Notes under the pieces: model-generated | What the model was told of the DNA's origin: nothing | The model's input: the letters and a program-made list of their open reading frames with translations, nothing else | Databases searched by the model: none | Origin: Marsupella aquatica | Lineage: Eukaryota > Plantae > Marchantiophyta | Length of the DNA: 64,000 nt | Assembly (NCBI GenBank): GCA_973895155.1 | Contig: OZ316898.1 | Span: 374,751-438,750 of the forward strand | Direction of reading: 5' to 3' | Translations under genes and position numbers: made by a program | Shown: one piece after another, positions 12,996 to 26,859 of the stretch | Layout of the letters: the number at the start of each line of letters is the position of its first letter | Position numbering within the stretch: position 1 is the first letter of the stretch

Positions 12996-15900
12996 TTATG
13001 GATCCTCTATGAACTTGCTTGGCCATAATACCAAAGAACCTGCAGCATCTCCAAGTGTCTTTTGAGGAGGATCATCATTTGTGTTTGGAATGGGAAGGAC
13101 AGCTTTAGGTTTCACTAGTAATGTGACTAACACTACTGAATAACCTGGGGGAATCCTCTTGCCATGGAACGTTGTGGAACCAACCTGCACTCTGCCAAAT
13201 CCTACTCGTGTTCCACTCTCATCAACAGCTAACAAGCCACTTTGTCCCTCAACATTAGGTGCTTTCCCCACTTCCACCTTAGATCTTTCTGCCAACACCG
13301 TTCTTGGAGGTTTGTATGAAACCTTTGACGTGGCTCTGCTCCCACCAGCAGACTTGCTTCGTGTGCGCATGCTTCCTCTCTTCACAGTAGTGAAGCTAGG
13401 CTCAGTAGGTTCCTCTGTTAGGACTGTCATAGTAGCAGGTTCATCACCTGGGAGTGTCATACCAACTAACTCTTTGGTTGGATTTATCTCAACAAGAGGC
13501 ACACCTGTCATTGAGAATGATACATTCTGCAAATCATTTATCTCTGCAATGGAGTCAAGATCTACATAGCATGAATCTGGCTCAATGGTATCATTGTCAT
13601 GCTTGCTGATATCCTCATTTGCCCCAACATTGATATCATCCACTCCCTTGCCAATGTCATCCTCATCCAAACATGGTTGACTGCCCTCTGTCAAACAAGT
13701 TGCTTGTACAGACTGCAACTTTGTTGCCTCTAAATTACAGCGAGTATTTGCCAGGTGCTCATACTTCTTCTTTGTAGCACCTGTCTTATTCTCTATGGAC
13801 ACAACAACCACAATATATGTTACTGAAAATAACACATTCAACAAACAATGTCAATTCAAACTATACATTTAATAATCATATCCCACACAGTTGTAAAGGC
13901 CTTACCTTCAAGCCTACATGTCGTTGGCATGCCAGAAGAGTGCATCAACTTTGCCACCTCAAGTGGTGATGGTGGAACTCCTGCAGAATTGGAATCAATT
14001 TTATCTCTCACCGACACAACAGCTTCCATTAATGTCTTGAAGTTCACATGGAACAAGTCAGTCAATGAATTCAAACGTTCATTGATCTCTGGAAGACATG
14101 TTTCGACAGCCTTCAAACGACCACTTATCTCTGTAAGTGAAGATCCACCTCCCTACATGACACAGGGGTATAGGTTCAATCACTCCATATGAAATGTTGG
14201 GCAATATATGCACAATCAATGTTATATACAGTGTACACCTGAAATTCAACACAGGTCATTCAATTACCAATCAGAACTCATATAACTTACATGCTTGGAG
14301 GATTCAGATGCACCATCTTGAGCCCGGGTGTTCACAATTTCAGCCCTCAACTCTTCTTTTGAAGGGCTTTGCCCCAATTGGGCTTTCTGCACATGCATGG
14401 CAAACACAAGTTATCGATCAATATTCAGGGAACGTACACTAAAAAACAAAGTTTACATGTATGGGTTTACACTAAAAAACAGTACATAGTGTAGCATAAA
14501 TTACATAGCTAGACCATTCATTCTTACCAAACGTTTAGCTGTCGGTGCAGTGTCGGTCCTTCGTGTCAGATTAGGGTTCTGAACACTCAACCTGGCCTCG
14601 GTCATCTGTGAACTCTTCTTTTTTGAAGCATCTGTTACAAAATAAGCTACTAACCTTGCCCACACTTTATCATCACAACTGGCTGGTGGAGGCATATCTG
14701 GCTTCTCCCCACCTTCCTTCCAAGCCTTATGCATTCTCCACCTCTCTTGCTTGATGATTTTACCTGTTGTACTCTCTAGGCAACCTATGTCCACGCCATC
14801 ATCACTGCCCACATAATTCCATTTGGCAGCAACATTTTCACATACAGTCTTCCAATCTTTTGGATGCTGTTTTTTAAAATTAATAACACTCACATCTAAC
14901 CAACGCAATACTTCAGCTTTCAAATCAGCATGCCATCGGTTCTTGCGAGGACACTCAGCATCCACCCATTGTCTCTCATTCAACTTTATGTTCCCTTTCT
15001 TTGTCACCTCCCCTCGTGCACTGCTCTCGGTAGTACTGGGCGTTGTATTGGCCACCCCTTCATTCACCCTACCTGGGGTTCTGAAGCCACCTGGGAAAAT
15101 ACAATGCCATTCATGCTTGAGAACTACATATAGCAGAATGGATGACGGCAACATTCAATGCTTCACTTCAAGAAAAATTCTTCAAACATACATACCTGTA
15201 GCTCTACCTGTAGATGCCTGTGCAGGGACTGCACTCTAAAATTGTTGCGACCCTAGACCACCTGTCCAGCCTAGTACAGGGGCCGGATGATGTCACTTTC
15301 TAGGTATGTGTGAGCAAACATATGTACTGAAAACTAAGTACAAACTGTAGGAAAACAACTGAACATTCGCCGACATACCTGTCCCCCTTCCGTGCTGCAT
15401 CTGCATAGGGGCATTAGTGAATACTTGAGTCGATGGTTCGACTGTCCAACCTGCACACATACATTTTCTATCATTATACATGTGCAGAGTCCCCCCCACG
15501 TGAATGGACTCCACATATAATGAGTTCTTCCATTGCTGACAAGATCAGACATTACCTGCCCCTCTTCCAGCGTTTGTAGGTACTGTATTTTGATATCCCT
15601 GCCAATTACCTTCACCACCTTTCCAACCTTGTTCATTCCATGACCCACCACCATCCTCCCAACCTGGTTCAACCCATGTCTGTCCTTGTGGACATTGGAA
15701 CTGATCATTACTAGCATTTGCCCAATCAGGTTGGGCAGAATCTGCATGCAATGGCAGGTGGACAGAATTTCATGTTGTCTGAATCCAATACATCCCAAAC
15801 AATGTCAAAAATTGATATGCAGTCTGAAATTCAGGAATGCCATGCCTTCACAAAGAACTGGCATATAGATATATACTCACATCCCCATGGTTGAGGTGGA

Positions 15901-16706
15901 CGTCCATACCCACGAGATTGTGGGTTAATTTGGACCTGCTCTGCCTCTACCACGGGCATAACCTAGAGCTTGCCCCCTGCCATAGTATTGGGCACCAGCC
16001 TGGGATCTACCACTACTACCACCTCGCCAACCTTGATCAGAGGTCAGCCCCCCCTGCTGGTATGGTGCATGCACAGGCTTCGAAGGCAAAACAGAACTGG
16101 CAGGACGCTGCATCACATCACCAACTACAATGTCAGGAACTAAGCAAGGTACATATGTGTAGTACTGAACATATGAAACCTCTAAACAAGAGTTTTTAAC
16201 TCAAAACCTTGTTGGGAAAACTACTTACCTGTTTCTTTTGGGGCTGCTCTGCAATGTATTCATCTTCATAACCCCCATCCTCATCCATTTCCTCTGGAAA
16301 ATACTCATCATCTGCATCTTCTTGTCTAGTGTCTGCACCCACCTGTGCAACATCAATGTCATCTCCACATTCTGCCATTGTAGGTACGACCTTCTTGCTC
16401 AACCTGTCACTCCAACGCACAGGCCCAGAGATAGTGCTGGTCACCCTTCTTGCGTACTCCTTTTGTTTCTTTGAAAATGGTGTGGCTCTGCGACATTCCA
16501 ATATGAGAATACAGTCACAATTTCAGTGCCACATTGAACTATTCATGTCACACAAACTCAGCGGAGGGGTGTAGTTGAGAATCGTTCCCTTACAATTCAA
16601 CCACATCCTTTTCCAGATCCAGTTCTGCGATTTTGGCTTTCACGTATGCTCGTTGTTCCATAGCTTTCCTTTCATACTCACACATCTCTGTGTCACTCTG
16701 TTCCAT
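12996..16706 (-). CDS. TnpA-like multi-exon gene of CACTA-1 (exon model approximate; may be disrupted)
   Basis: ORF 14501-15154 (W..L..YF...SKKKSSQMTEAR, Ptta/TnpA-like) and the C-terminal segment VGFGRV..TTFHGKRIPPGYSVVLV...LPIP...TLGDAAGSLVLWP typical of En/Spm ORF2. Confidence 0.7.
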
Positions 16707-16862
16707 CCTACTGGACCACAAAAACATATCATCTATGGTCACCCCGTATAACACAATGCAACCACAATCACTAGGCATCCATCCATACATCTGTGTTGCT
16801 TCAGAATTACTTTATTACACATCCTTCCCCTCACTAATGTCCATGCAAACAATTCACATTAC

Positions 16863-19800
16863 TCATGGCACAGGCACACTGTTGGCATCTGCATCTCTGA
16901 ATTCGCCTCCTTCAGCAAATGCATCTACCCTTGTCACAGGAATGAAGTCCCCGCTATCATGAACTACAGACACTTGGTCTGAACGCCGACGATCAAAGGC
17001 ACTATGAGAGTGTAAATGAAACTCAAGGTTTGATCCTTCCATCCGACGTTGCCTGGCCTGTTTATGACACACTACACGCCAACCTGGGGAGTCTTCCACA
17101 TCCAGGAAGAAAGCTTGCTCCACCTGACTAGGAAACACAAATGGCTCAGACCATTCGGGCAATTTCCCTCTGAAATTGGCCAGCAAGAAACCGTCGTTGT
17201 CTCTCTTCATGGTAGCCCTGTTACCAAGCCAATCCTGCCGCACCCATGAACCTTTCATAAGAATCACAGGACTGGACACCGCCCCATAGTCCAGAGCCCA
17301 TATGTCAACTAATTCTCCCACATATCCCATCTCCATCCAGGCCCTGTCGTGATTGTAGCTCTATTGCTCAAATACAGTGATGAGCCCGTAGTCATTCGTC
17401 ACCCTGTAGGCACTGTCACCATCCTTCACTCGGAAGTGATTCCCATATGCTCTCATCCGTTTGTAAGTCTTCACTTTCAGGCTAGGGGCATTAGACAGTA
17501 GGTAAACATCTGCATCCATGTCTGGGTGGGTCTCGTGATGCTCTCTAATTGCCACTCTGATCCACTCCATGAAACCTGGAAAAGTTGTTCCTGCAGTGGG
17601 ATGGGCCGCCTTCAATGACTCATACTCCCTGAACGAACAACCACACAGCATTAGCTTGGGTAAACATGAACAGGCTGAAGGAGAAAACCACACGAACACA
17701 ACATTTAAGCTCATGAACTGGATTATAGCACATGTATGCACTCACTGTATCCAGGGTTCCATCACCACAGTGTTGTGCAATACAAAGTCATGTGCCAAGT
17801 CTCTCATAGATATGGTCAGGTTCTTTGTGGTTGCAGCCCCTTCCAGTACTTCACCTATCACCCCTTCCTCCTCATCAGAATTCCACACCCTGGTCTTCAC
17901 ATGCTCATATTGTGCTATGTATTCGGTCATAAATCCCAGAGTCTCATCCTTGATGTAACCTTTAGCCATGCTTGCTTCAGGTTTGTAATATGTTCTCACG
18001 TGACCTTTGAGTAGCTTCATGTACCGTTCCAAAGGATACAACCAACGAGCACTCACAGGCCCAAATTGGTGTAGCTCTTCCACAACATGGACAAGTAGGT
18101 GGGTCATGACATCAAAAAATGCAGGAGGAAAATAAATCTCCAGGTCACACAGCACCTGAGCGACATCTTCTGTCAGTTGTGGGAAGTGTGTTTCATCCCA
18201 AACCTTCACACAAATACGACGAAACACATCACTGAGTCGCATGATCACAGTACGAACAGGCTTCTGCAACAGGCCCCTCAGGCATAAAGGCAACACCTGT
18301 TGCATCAACATATGGTAGTCATGGCTTTTCATACTACCAAGCTTTCTAGTCATGATATGCTTCTTGAAAGCACTGCCATAGTTTGAAGGAACCTTCAAAG
18401 AACTCAACCTCTGCACAAATAGTTCCCACTCTATGTCTGTCAGAACATAGGGCGCTTGGTACTTCAAGAGCACATCAGCTCTGTGGGCATGTGGCCTCAA
18501 CCAAAGATGGGGTTTCATTCCCCTCTGTTCAAGATCCAATCTCACTGAACCAGTGTCTTTCTCTCCACACAAGAATCTGAGTAGACTCTCACAAATATTC
18601 TTTTCAATGTGCATAACATCAATGTTATGTTTGCTTGGCTCAAACTCCTGCATCGTTGCAATGCAAAAGCATCAGGAAATGCCTCAAGTTTAGTCTCTCT
18701 CTTCGAAATGAATGCACATGCTCTGAACCAAAACATGTATCCCAATTAGCATCAACTCCAAGAGGCTTACCCTCCAGTACTTGAGCTCCAAGTCCAATAT
18801 GCTCAGTCTTTTTACACCATATCGCTTTATTGGATCACTCACTCCATCTTCCCTGCCCCCTCGTTTGATATAGTCATCCCTCAGTGCTCCCCACTGCCTG
18901 ATCTCCTCTTTGGTCACTCGTGCCGGGGGTCCACGTTGCTCAATCTCATTGCCAAAGTGTGCAATCAGTGCCTGTCTTTCTCTGTAAGGGTGATCTGCCT
19001 TCAGAAAACAACGATGGCCCATGTATATCACTTTCTGCAGGGCTCTGGAGTACTCACTGGTGACATTGCGCCCACAGATAGTACAAGCACAATATCCTTT
19101 TGTTGTTTGGCCTGATATCATCCCATGGGCTGGGTAGTCAGCTATAGTCAGAATGACAATGGCTCTAAGGATGAATGGGTTTAACCTCCCAAGCCTCTGT
19201 AGGACATCATATGTGAGAACTCCTTCCTCCCAAAGCTTTCTCAATTCCTCCACTAGGGGAGCCAGAAACACATCTATGTTGGCAGATACAGCACTGTCTG
19301 GCCCTGGTATCAGTAGGACCATCAGAACAAAAAATCGCTTTGTAGTCATCCAAGGAGGAAGGTTATAATTCAAAATAGTTACAGGCCAGCACGAAAATTT
19401 GTTGTTCTTGTCTCCAAATGGGTTTACCCCATCCAATGACAGCCCAAGTCTGACATTCCTCGGCTCAGCAGCAAATTCGGGATACATCTCATCTATGAGT
19501 TTCCATTGCCTTGAATCTGCAGCATGTCGTTGTAGCCCATCATCACTTTTCTTGTCAGTTGCCCAAGTCATCATCTCCGAGATGGCATGGCTTCTGAACA
19601 TCCGCTGAAGTCTGGGAATGAGTGGAAAATGACGAAGTACCTTGGCGGGAACCATAGACTTTCCTGAGTTCCGATACCTTTGCTTCCCACACTTAGGGCA
19701 TGTCAACGATTCTTTATACTCCTTTTTGAAAAGAACATGCCCATCAGGACAGGCATGGATCGAATCATAGTTCAATCCAAGATTAGATATGCATCTTTTT

Positions 19801-20594
19801 GCCTCGTACATGTTCTTGGGCAAAATATTACCATCTGGTAGCACAGTTGTTCGCAAGAATGCCAACAACTCAGAAACCAAAACGTTGGGGACATTGTGGT
19901 TGCCGCAAATGTTCAGGAACATGATGACAAATCCCAGTTTAGAACATTTGCTACCGGGGTACAAAGACTTCCTGCCTTCCTGTATTTGCAGGGGAGAGCC
20001 AAACATCCCATCATGCCCAGGGGTTTCCTGCCCTATCTCAAACTCATCAAGAGGCTCTTCGACAGGGGGCACACTTGCATCTGCAGCCGTATCCTCTTCG
20101 TTGTCCAGCCCGTCATGAAATGCATCCAAGTCTTGGAAGATGTCTCTCACCATCTCTTCCACATGAATTCCTTCGTCACGTGGTGCTGCCTGAGCACCAT
20201 CCCGTTGGAGAGCTGACAACCCACAGAGACCAGCTACAACATTTTCAAATGCACCAGGCAGAACCTCACTTGCCCGTCTTGCAGCATTGGCAGCATCAAA
20301 TTCTAACCTCCACTCCTCATCGAAAGAATCTTCCTCTGCAGGATCATTCCAAACTCGATGTCGTGGATCTCTTCCATGAACCGCGATATGCCGCCAAACC
20401 TCATTCAGACCCCTGGTACGGGATCCTTGGCAGATTGCACAAGGACATCTCATCCTACTGGCTCCTGAAAGTCTGGTTCGTAACCTTTCACGTTGCCAAA
20501 GCTTATTATCATGGCGTGATATCCTTGTGGGATGATGCAAAGGCAGTGCCTGTGCCCTGGGCTGGGTCTGGGGAGGGTGGTGACCAGGGTGCAT
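16863..20594 (-). pseudogene. CACTA TnpD transposase (Transposase_21, DUF4218, DUF4216), spliced, with one in-frame TAG at 17361-17363
   Basis: Motifs IHACPDGHVLF, RNVRLGLSLDGVNPF, YNLPPW, DYPA, DVMHIEKN, KSHDYH, FFDVMTHLLVH, WLYPLERYM and EPFVFPSQVEQAFF. Confidence 0.95.
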
Positions 20595-21027
20595 TGTAAC
20601 AGGCTGGGAGCTCTACAGTCATGGACAGCAGTGAACAAGGATGCCTAATGGTGGTATTTGTGTTCCATATATCCCTGACTGTATCTGCCAAAAGAGTTAA
20701 CATAACGTGTACTAAATTCTCACAAACCCTAAACCACCCCAAAAGAAAAAAACAGGTTCGCAAGTAGTGTACCTATTGTCAAGTGAATGACACAAAATTC
20801 CTAAATGTTGGAGGGTGTCACCACCTCCTCCGCTGTCCTCAAATGTACCGCCTCTGCATGTACGTTTATAGTGACACCCCCAGGCAGCAGGAAACAACAA
20901 TCCGCCAACAGTAAAATAAGCCCAACTGCCACCAACCATAACAAGGTACATTAGTTCAAAGATCACATTTATTTCAATGATCTGATTTATACAAAAAAAC
21001 TTGTGTCCAAATTGATGCTACTACTCC

Positions 21028-21900
21028 TCACTCTGATTCAAAATCGCTAATGACCCATTCCTCACTTGTTGTCTCATAGTCCTCTCTGTAAGGATCCTGA
21101 CCCTTCCGTGGCCAGGCCTCAAAAAGATCATAGTCCATTGGGTTTTGACGCTTCCCAGCTGCTACTGATTCCACAAGCCAAGCATATGAAACCACAAACA
21201 CATTATGGGACATGACATAAAAGCGAATGTCTCCCTTCCCAAACTTGCGGCAGGCTTTGGGATATGACTTAGTAATGACATGAGTGGTGTCCTCTGTTAT
21301 ATTCTCCTCCACTGTCCCACCTAGGTCAAGCACTGTGGACTTGTACACTTTGCACTTAACCTCTCCAATTCCCGCCTCCACAAATACCATGCTCAGCCCT
21401 TTTAGAATGGGGGTTGGTTGCTTCGTCTCCTCAGCCAACATACTCTTCAGCCTTGTAGAGCTCTGTCCTTTGTTGAGTACAGGTCCATATTGGAGATCAG
21501 CAAGCCGTGCCTTTGCTTCCCAGACTTCTTGTTCAGCCCAAGCTGATGCAGTAGCTTCTTCATCCTCCCACAACTCATATTGCTCAGTATCCTGTACAAT
21601 CTTATGTGCTATGGAATCTGTGATCCAAGAGGCCTCAACTACTTTTAGGCCTTGCTTAGTAATTGCAGAATTCATGTAGGACCATGACCACTTCTTTATC
21701 ATTGATAGCCATGTCCCTGCAACAACATGTGTAGTCTCTGGAGTGATGTCCTAAACTACAGTGCCATGGAGCTCAGAGAATCGTTTCTGTACAGTTGGCC
21801 AATGCACTTTGGTCAACCCATGCTGGCCATGGACCAAAATCGCTCTGACCCCTGTAAACACTGCTGGGTGGTCACACTTTCTACGTTTCCCAGGCTCCAT
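21028..21900 (-). pseudogene. Tandem BRCT-domain protein (~290 aa) with one in-frame TAG at 21751-21753
   Basis: ATG at 21900. Repeat 1: VFTGVRAILV..LHGTVV*DITPETTHVV..VVEASWITDSI. Repeat 2: LKGLSMVFV..LGGTVEENITEDTTHVI..VVSYAWLVESVAAGK. Confidence 0.8.
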
Positions 21901-22509
21901 GTACACACACCCTACGTGATGACAGTGAATTTTGGAAGAATGGGTTCACCTGACAATACAAGGACAACAAAATTCCTGCTTTTTGAGTTGATCTGGCCCA
22001 CTGGTGCTCAGGTCTGATTTTGATAGGTACAAGGGATATGTGAACAATACGTACTAGGCACCTGCACGGATGCAGGACATTGTTTGAATATATACTACAA
22101 AATCCATATCCGTGGTGAAATGAAGTGCAACCAACTTGTCATGGCACATACATATTTTGTTGTAAAGGAGGATACATTCAATGACAAACTTATAGGGCAA
22201 TTTGATTAATTGCATGCCTGATAATTTATACGCTTACAACTTAGAAGTCCTGTTTTAATTTAGCAGTCTGATGAAAGTGTTTATGAAAATGAAGTGTTTA
22301 TGAAAATGACCACTCAGCCTAAATACTTCCAAGAAGGCTTGTAAGGATAAGTTTGTATAGGCATGTACCCAGCCACTGACGCCAGAGCACAAGATAAGTG
22401 CTGCCTATATAAACTCGCCTACCCAACTCCTTTTCAAAATTGGAATCTCTGCAATCTCAAAAAATAGTACATCCACATCAGGTGCATTGTGCATGTACAA
22501 TGTTCAGCT

Positions 22510-23190
22510 TCACAGCCAAGATATGTGATCTCTCACAGGAGTGCGCGAGGTAGGATCAATGGCATGGCGATGACAATAAAATATCCATCGATCAACACCA
22601 TGTGCAGAGTGATCATAGATTTCTCTGTCACAAGCATAACCCTCTGCTTGACGATCTTTCAGGCAATGATAGTGCCACATAGTGGGACACCTAGCACAGT
22701 GAACTATGTCAGTCCAGTAGTCATCATCATGCTCACCACATGCCTTGCACCTATGAAGTGGGCAAGTTGTGGCATGAGCAGGCAAACACTCAAAACAGAA
22801 AAATCTCACACAAAAATGGTCTGGACATTTCCTAACATTTGCTGCAGCATCAACAGAGCCCTCATAGGACCCCAACTTCCCACACTATGCACACTTAGCC
22901 TGCTTCTCCAAACAATCAGTGCACATCCAGTCTCCCTGGTGTGTTGACGGGAGGCCCACCCCTGGACAGTTGTTTTCTGCAGCAAGGTCAGACTCCGGGT
23001 TGAGGTGGAAATGCCTCATGCAAGGGCCCTCACAAATGACCAGGCCCCCACCATCATCACAAATGGCATAACAATGAGCTGCCTTTTGGAAAATCTGACT
23101 TGCAGAGAAGTTAGTAGCATCTGCCCCAAGTACACCTGTGTTTCTCACCTCTGTCACACGCTTTTTGGCTTGAATTTTAGGTCGTGCCAT
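22510..23190 (-). pseudogene. EDM2-like composite (triple) PHD-finger protein (~226 aa), with one in-frame TAG at 22885-22887
   Basis: ORFs 22885-23190 and 22510-22875 are in frame. Motifs AICDDGGGLVICEGPCMRHFH, WMCTDC, TCPLHRCKAC, CARCPTMWHYHCL and IFYCHRHAID..TPVRDH follow the plant EDM2 PHD cassette as I recall it. Confidence 0.82.
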
Positions 23191-23201
23191 GCCTGCGCAT
23201 G

Positions 23202-23345
23202 AGATAGACTCTACAGTTTAGCAGACTACACAGAAAGTAATATATATTTAGCATTTAAGGTACAAAGGCATTTAGATAGACTCTACAATTTAGCAGACTG
23301 CACAGAAAGTAAAATATATTTAGCATTTAAGATACAAAGGCATTT
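23202..23345. repeat. 72-bp tandem duplication immediately upstream of the PHD gene ATG
   Basis: AGATAGACTCTACA...AAAGGCATTT occurs twice. Confidence 0.85.
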
Positions 23346-25726
23346 GCTACTGCAATGAATTGGAATGGCCACACAAGGATGTAGAGCAGACATACTTTTG
23401 GTATGTTGAGCCCACACACAAACCTGATCCCCTAATACAATTGCTCCACCAACACCTCAATTTTAATTGTGGCTATGATTCACCAAAGGAGATCTGCAAC
23501 AACATTTCATGCATTTGAATCACATACAATAGTCGTGACATGTAAAACAGGCATTCTTCGAAGAGGATTGGTATGAAGCAGTGTCATAAGGGTTGAAATT
23601 TATACATCCTAAATAGGCTATGATAGTGGCTGAGACAAATAAGTGATGCATAAATCACATTTTACAGGTTATCACATGGCCCATTAATTCATTGAACGTT
23701 GCAATGTTCACCAGGTTAAAGCAATCATGAAAGCAGTCTTTCAATAGAGACTTTTATGCGAGTTTGCTAGCCTCCTAAATTAGGATATTTTGCTTAGTGC
23801 AGGCATAATAGGATATAAGTTATGTACTGTTGACCCTAAACCTTGGACCTCGGGGGTTTCACTTCCACAAAAATGACATATCACGTGCGACAAAGGATAG
23901 GGTCATTTTATTGGTTCTAAGGGAAGACTTAAGAATTTTTGTAGAAGAACAATAGGGTCTTTTAAATTCAATTTTGAGACTTATAAGAATATTAGGGTAT
24001 TTTTAATCCAATTTTTAGAATATTCCAAGAATATTCCAACTTTCTAGGGGTTAAAAAATTTAAAAAATTTCTTACATTTTAGGGGGTCCGAGGCCTAAAA
24101 ACATCGCAGGCGATGGGGAGGTCCCCATATAGTGAGACCCCCGAGCCCTGGACCCAAAATTGCTCATACATCAAAATTTTAAGTAAATATCCTCTGTGTT
24201 GAAGTCAGAGTGTTAAGCTATAGGTCAATGGTATCTGGTCTGTGCATGCGGTGTGACAAGTGGTCCTCTAGAGCATGTGATCCAAACATGTGTAGACACC
24301 AAAGTCACCGGTGGTGGGGTCTGGGAGGGCAGGACAAGTGACATCACCAGGCACACTGTAGGATGGCGAGTGGTTCTAGATGATACATTGTGCTCTATGC
24401 AAAAATTGGCATCCAAGAGAACGGTCATCCAATTCTGGGCCAGAAGCCCTACAGGCAGGACAATCATATTGGCAACTGTGTACACACCCTTGGCACCTAA
24501 TTTGTGGCGGGTCATGTACAAGAGACACAAATACCAAGGATGTCGGGAAGGGTACTGAAGCAGGTAGAGGCCGGCTGTAGTTGTTCCTGGAAACAACAGG
24601 GTACTCAAAGTACCATGCAGACTGAGCTAGAAGGATCCCAAGTCTGACATACTCAAGGCGCAACATCTCTGCCTTGCGTGCAAGTCGCACATGTTCAGCG
24701 TTGCGGGTCCTCACCATAAGTGTTGCTTTCGTTGTGATGTCCTCTGTTCACGTCCTTTGATGAGCAAGGTGAGCAGGAGGTCGACTTGCCTCGCCAACAG
24801 CAACCACCTAAACTAATCAGTTCCCACTCATTGTCTTGGTTCCAACTACAGGTCATAGTATACACATAGCATGAAACGTGCATAGTACATATTTGATTCT
24901 GAGTTTATGAGTTTCCTAAGACAAAGAGCTTGGTGATAAACCCATATTCTCGACGGACATGTATATCAATCATATTAAAATCCTGTTTTTTCATCCAGAA
25001 AGACCGAAAGTCTCACCTTGCAGGTTGCAGCAGAGAGAAAATTCACTGGTTGTCGTGTTGTGCAAGTGAACCTCCACTGATGCCCCCGGTGTAGCCCCTC
25101 AGATGCAAGTGACACTTACCAACTCCCAAGTTGCCTGGTCTAACAGAAAATGCTTATATCTTCATAACTTTATAGAGCAAGTACATGATCACATACTTCT
25201 GGATCTATTCATATTTGGAACTCTTGCCAACTACAACTCCCATTATGCACAAGCTCACATCAACAGAGAAAGATACAGAATGCATACTTACTATGGCTCT
25301 AAGCACCTTCACTACCTTGTTGAACCCAGTCCTGAAGTCTTTTCAACGTGTTTGTTGTGCTATCTCCTTTGGCACCCAACACCTTAGTCCTTGATGTAAC
25401 AGAATGCGATTTTACAAGTTAGATGCTTTGGAACCTTCTATGGTCTTAGCTGAATTGATGTCATCGTAAGTGGTGAAAGACAAGGAAGACGAAAGCTGGT
25501 TGAAGAGCTGTGGACAACACACTAGCATGAAGTGCTTCAACCAATCCACTGCCAAACGGAACTCTTACACAGTCACATTCTTTCAGTAAACAGAAACTCA
25601 GTCAAACTTCATAATCAAAGTACAGACTCTGAAGGACCAAAGGAGGATGTTGTGAGTTTCTCTGTTGTTTAATGTGTTACCCTTCTAGTTTCGAAGTTAG
25701 CAAATGCTGAATAATGTGTCTACCAG

Positions 25727-26066
25727 ATCTTCGAAAAGAAGCCCACCACAATTAAGAACTTCGGTATCTGGGTGAGGTATCAGAGTTGTACAGGTTATCC
25801 CAACATGTACAAGAAATATCGTGATACCACATTAAACAACCACACAGCAGATGTATGATGAGATGGCTTCTTGTCATAGAGTTTGGTTCCCTTGCATCCA
25901 GATCATCAAGACTACGACAGTCCCTGTCTCTCTGTGCAAGCGAGAAAGTACCAAGCAGTTCCATGATTCAAAGATCAAGTTCCCCTTGACGTACCGCAAG
26001 ATTCAACCTCCATCGCGAAAGCTAAAGACGACTTACAAGGCCACCAAGCCCAACACATTTGTTTGA
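25727..26066 (+). pseudogene. RPL18A: 60S ribosomal protein L18a (eL20) C-terminal exon fragment, frameshifted
   Basis: cag|[36 protein letters not shown]... then [55 protein letters not shown]. Confidence 0.9.
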
Positions 26067-26859
26067 GTAGTGCGGGTGCAGGTTCCCAATTTTGAAACAA
26101 TTTGGCTCATTTTATGTCCCGAGGGACTCCAGGAGTTTATGTATTGAGTTTCTAGGTCAAGATGCTTAATATAAGGAAATTCAATTATCACCTCGTTCCC
26201 AACTTCTATTAATTGAATATACACAAGCTGGAAGCAAGAAGACAAGCCACAATCTAGCATCTTAGCCAAACACAATCGTCCCGACAAAGCAAAACTCAGC
26301 TGGACAGAAGTCACTCGGATCCACAAAAAATTGAAGATTCACCTCCAAGCCGGAGGCCGATCACTTCAGTACAACAGCTTCTGGACGGAACAAACTCTGC
26401 TCAGCCCCACAGAAACACAAATGTTAAGGCTCCAAGTCAGAGCTCACAAACAGAAACTCAGATAAATAACATTCAAAATCTGTCCACGTTTGTGCAAAGT
26501 GTACATATTCATTCTTCTGGAATGAACACGCAATGCATACATCGCCTAGACACAGTCATTATAAATCATTGGGCAATTGGGGACCACTAAGCAGGTGTGT
26601 TCCTATTTCGAGGCTACAGGAAAGGATAGAGTGACACCAAACTGAAGAGTACACCAAAAGAAAAACAGCAAGAACCAAAGTCAATCATGTGTGGATAAAT
26701 TGCACATGGGAAGTTCCCCTGAAGAAGCACCAGTTGCTAACATTGTCACCCGAACCACACCCAGTTTATTACCTCAATGTCTTCAGCCTCAATATCCAAT
26801 CCTCAGCCCCCTGGTGCTTCCGTGTTTGTTCTGAAAATTTCTGTGATGAAATAATTATT

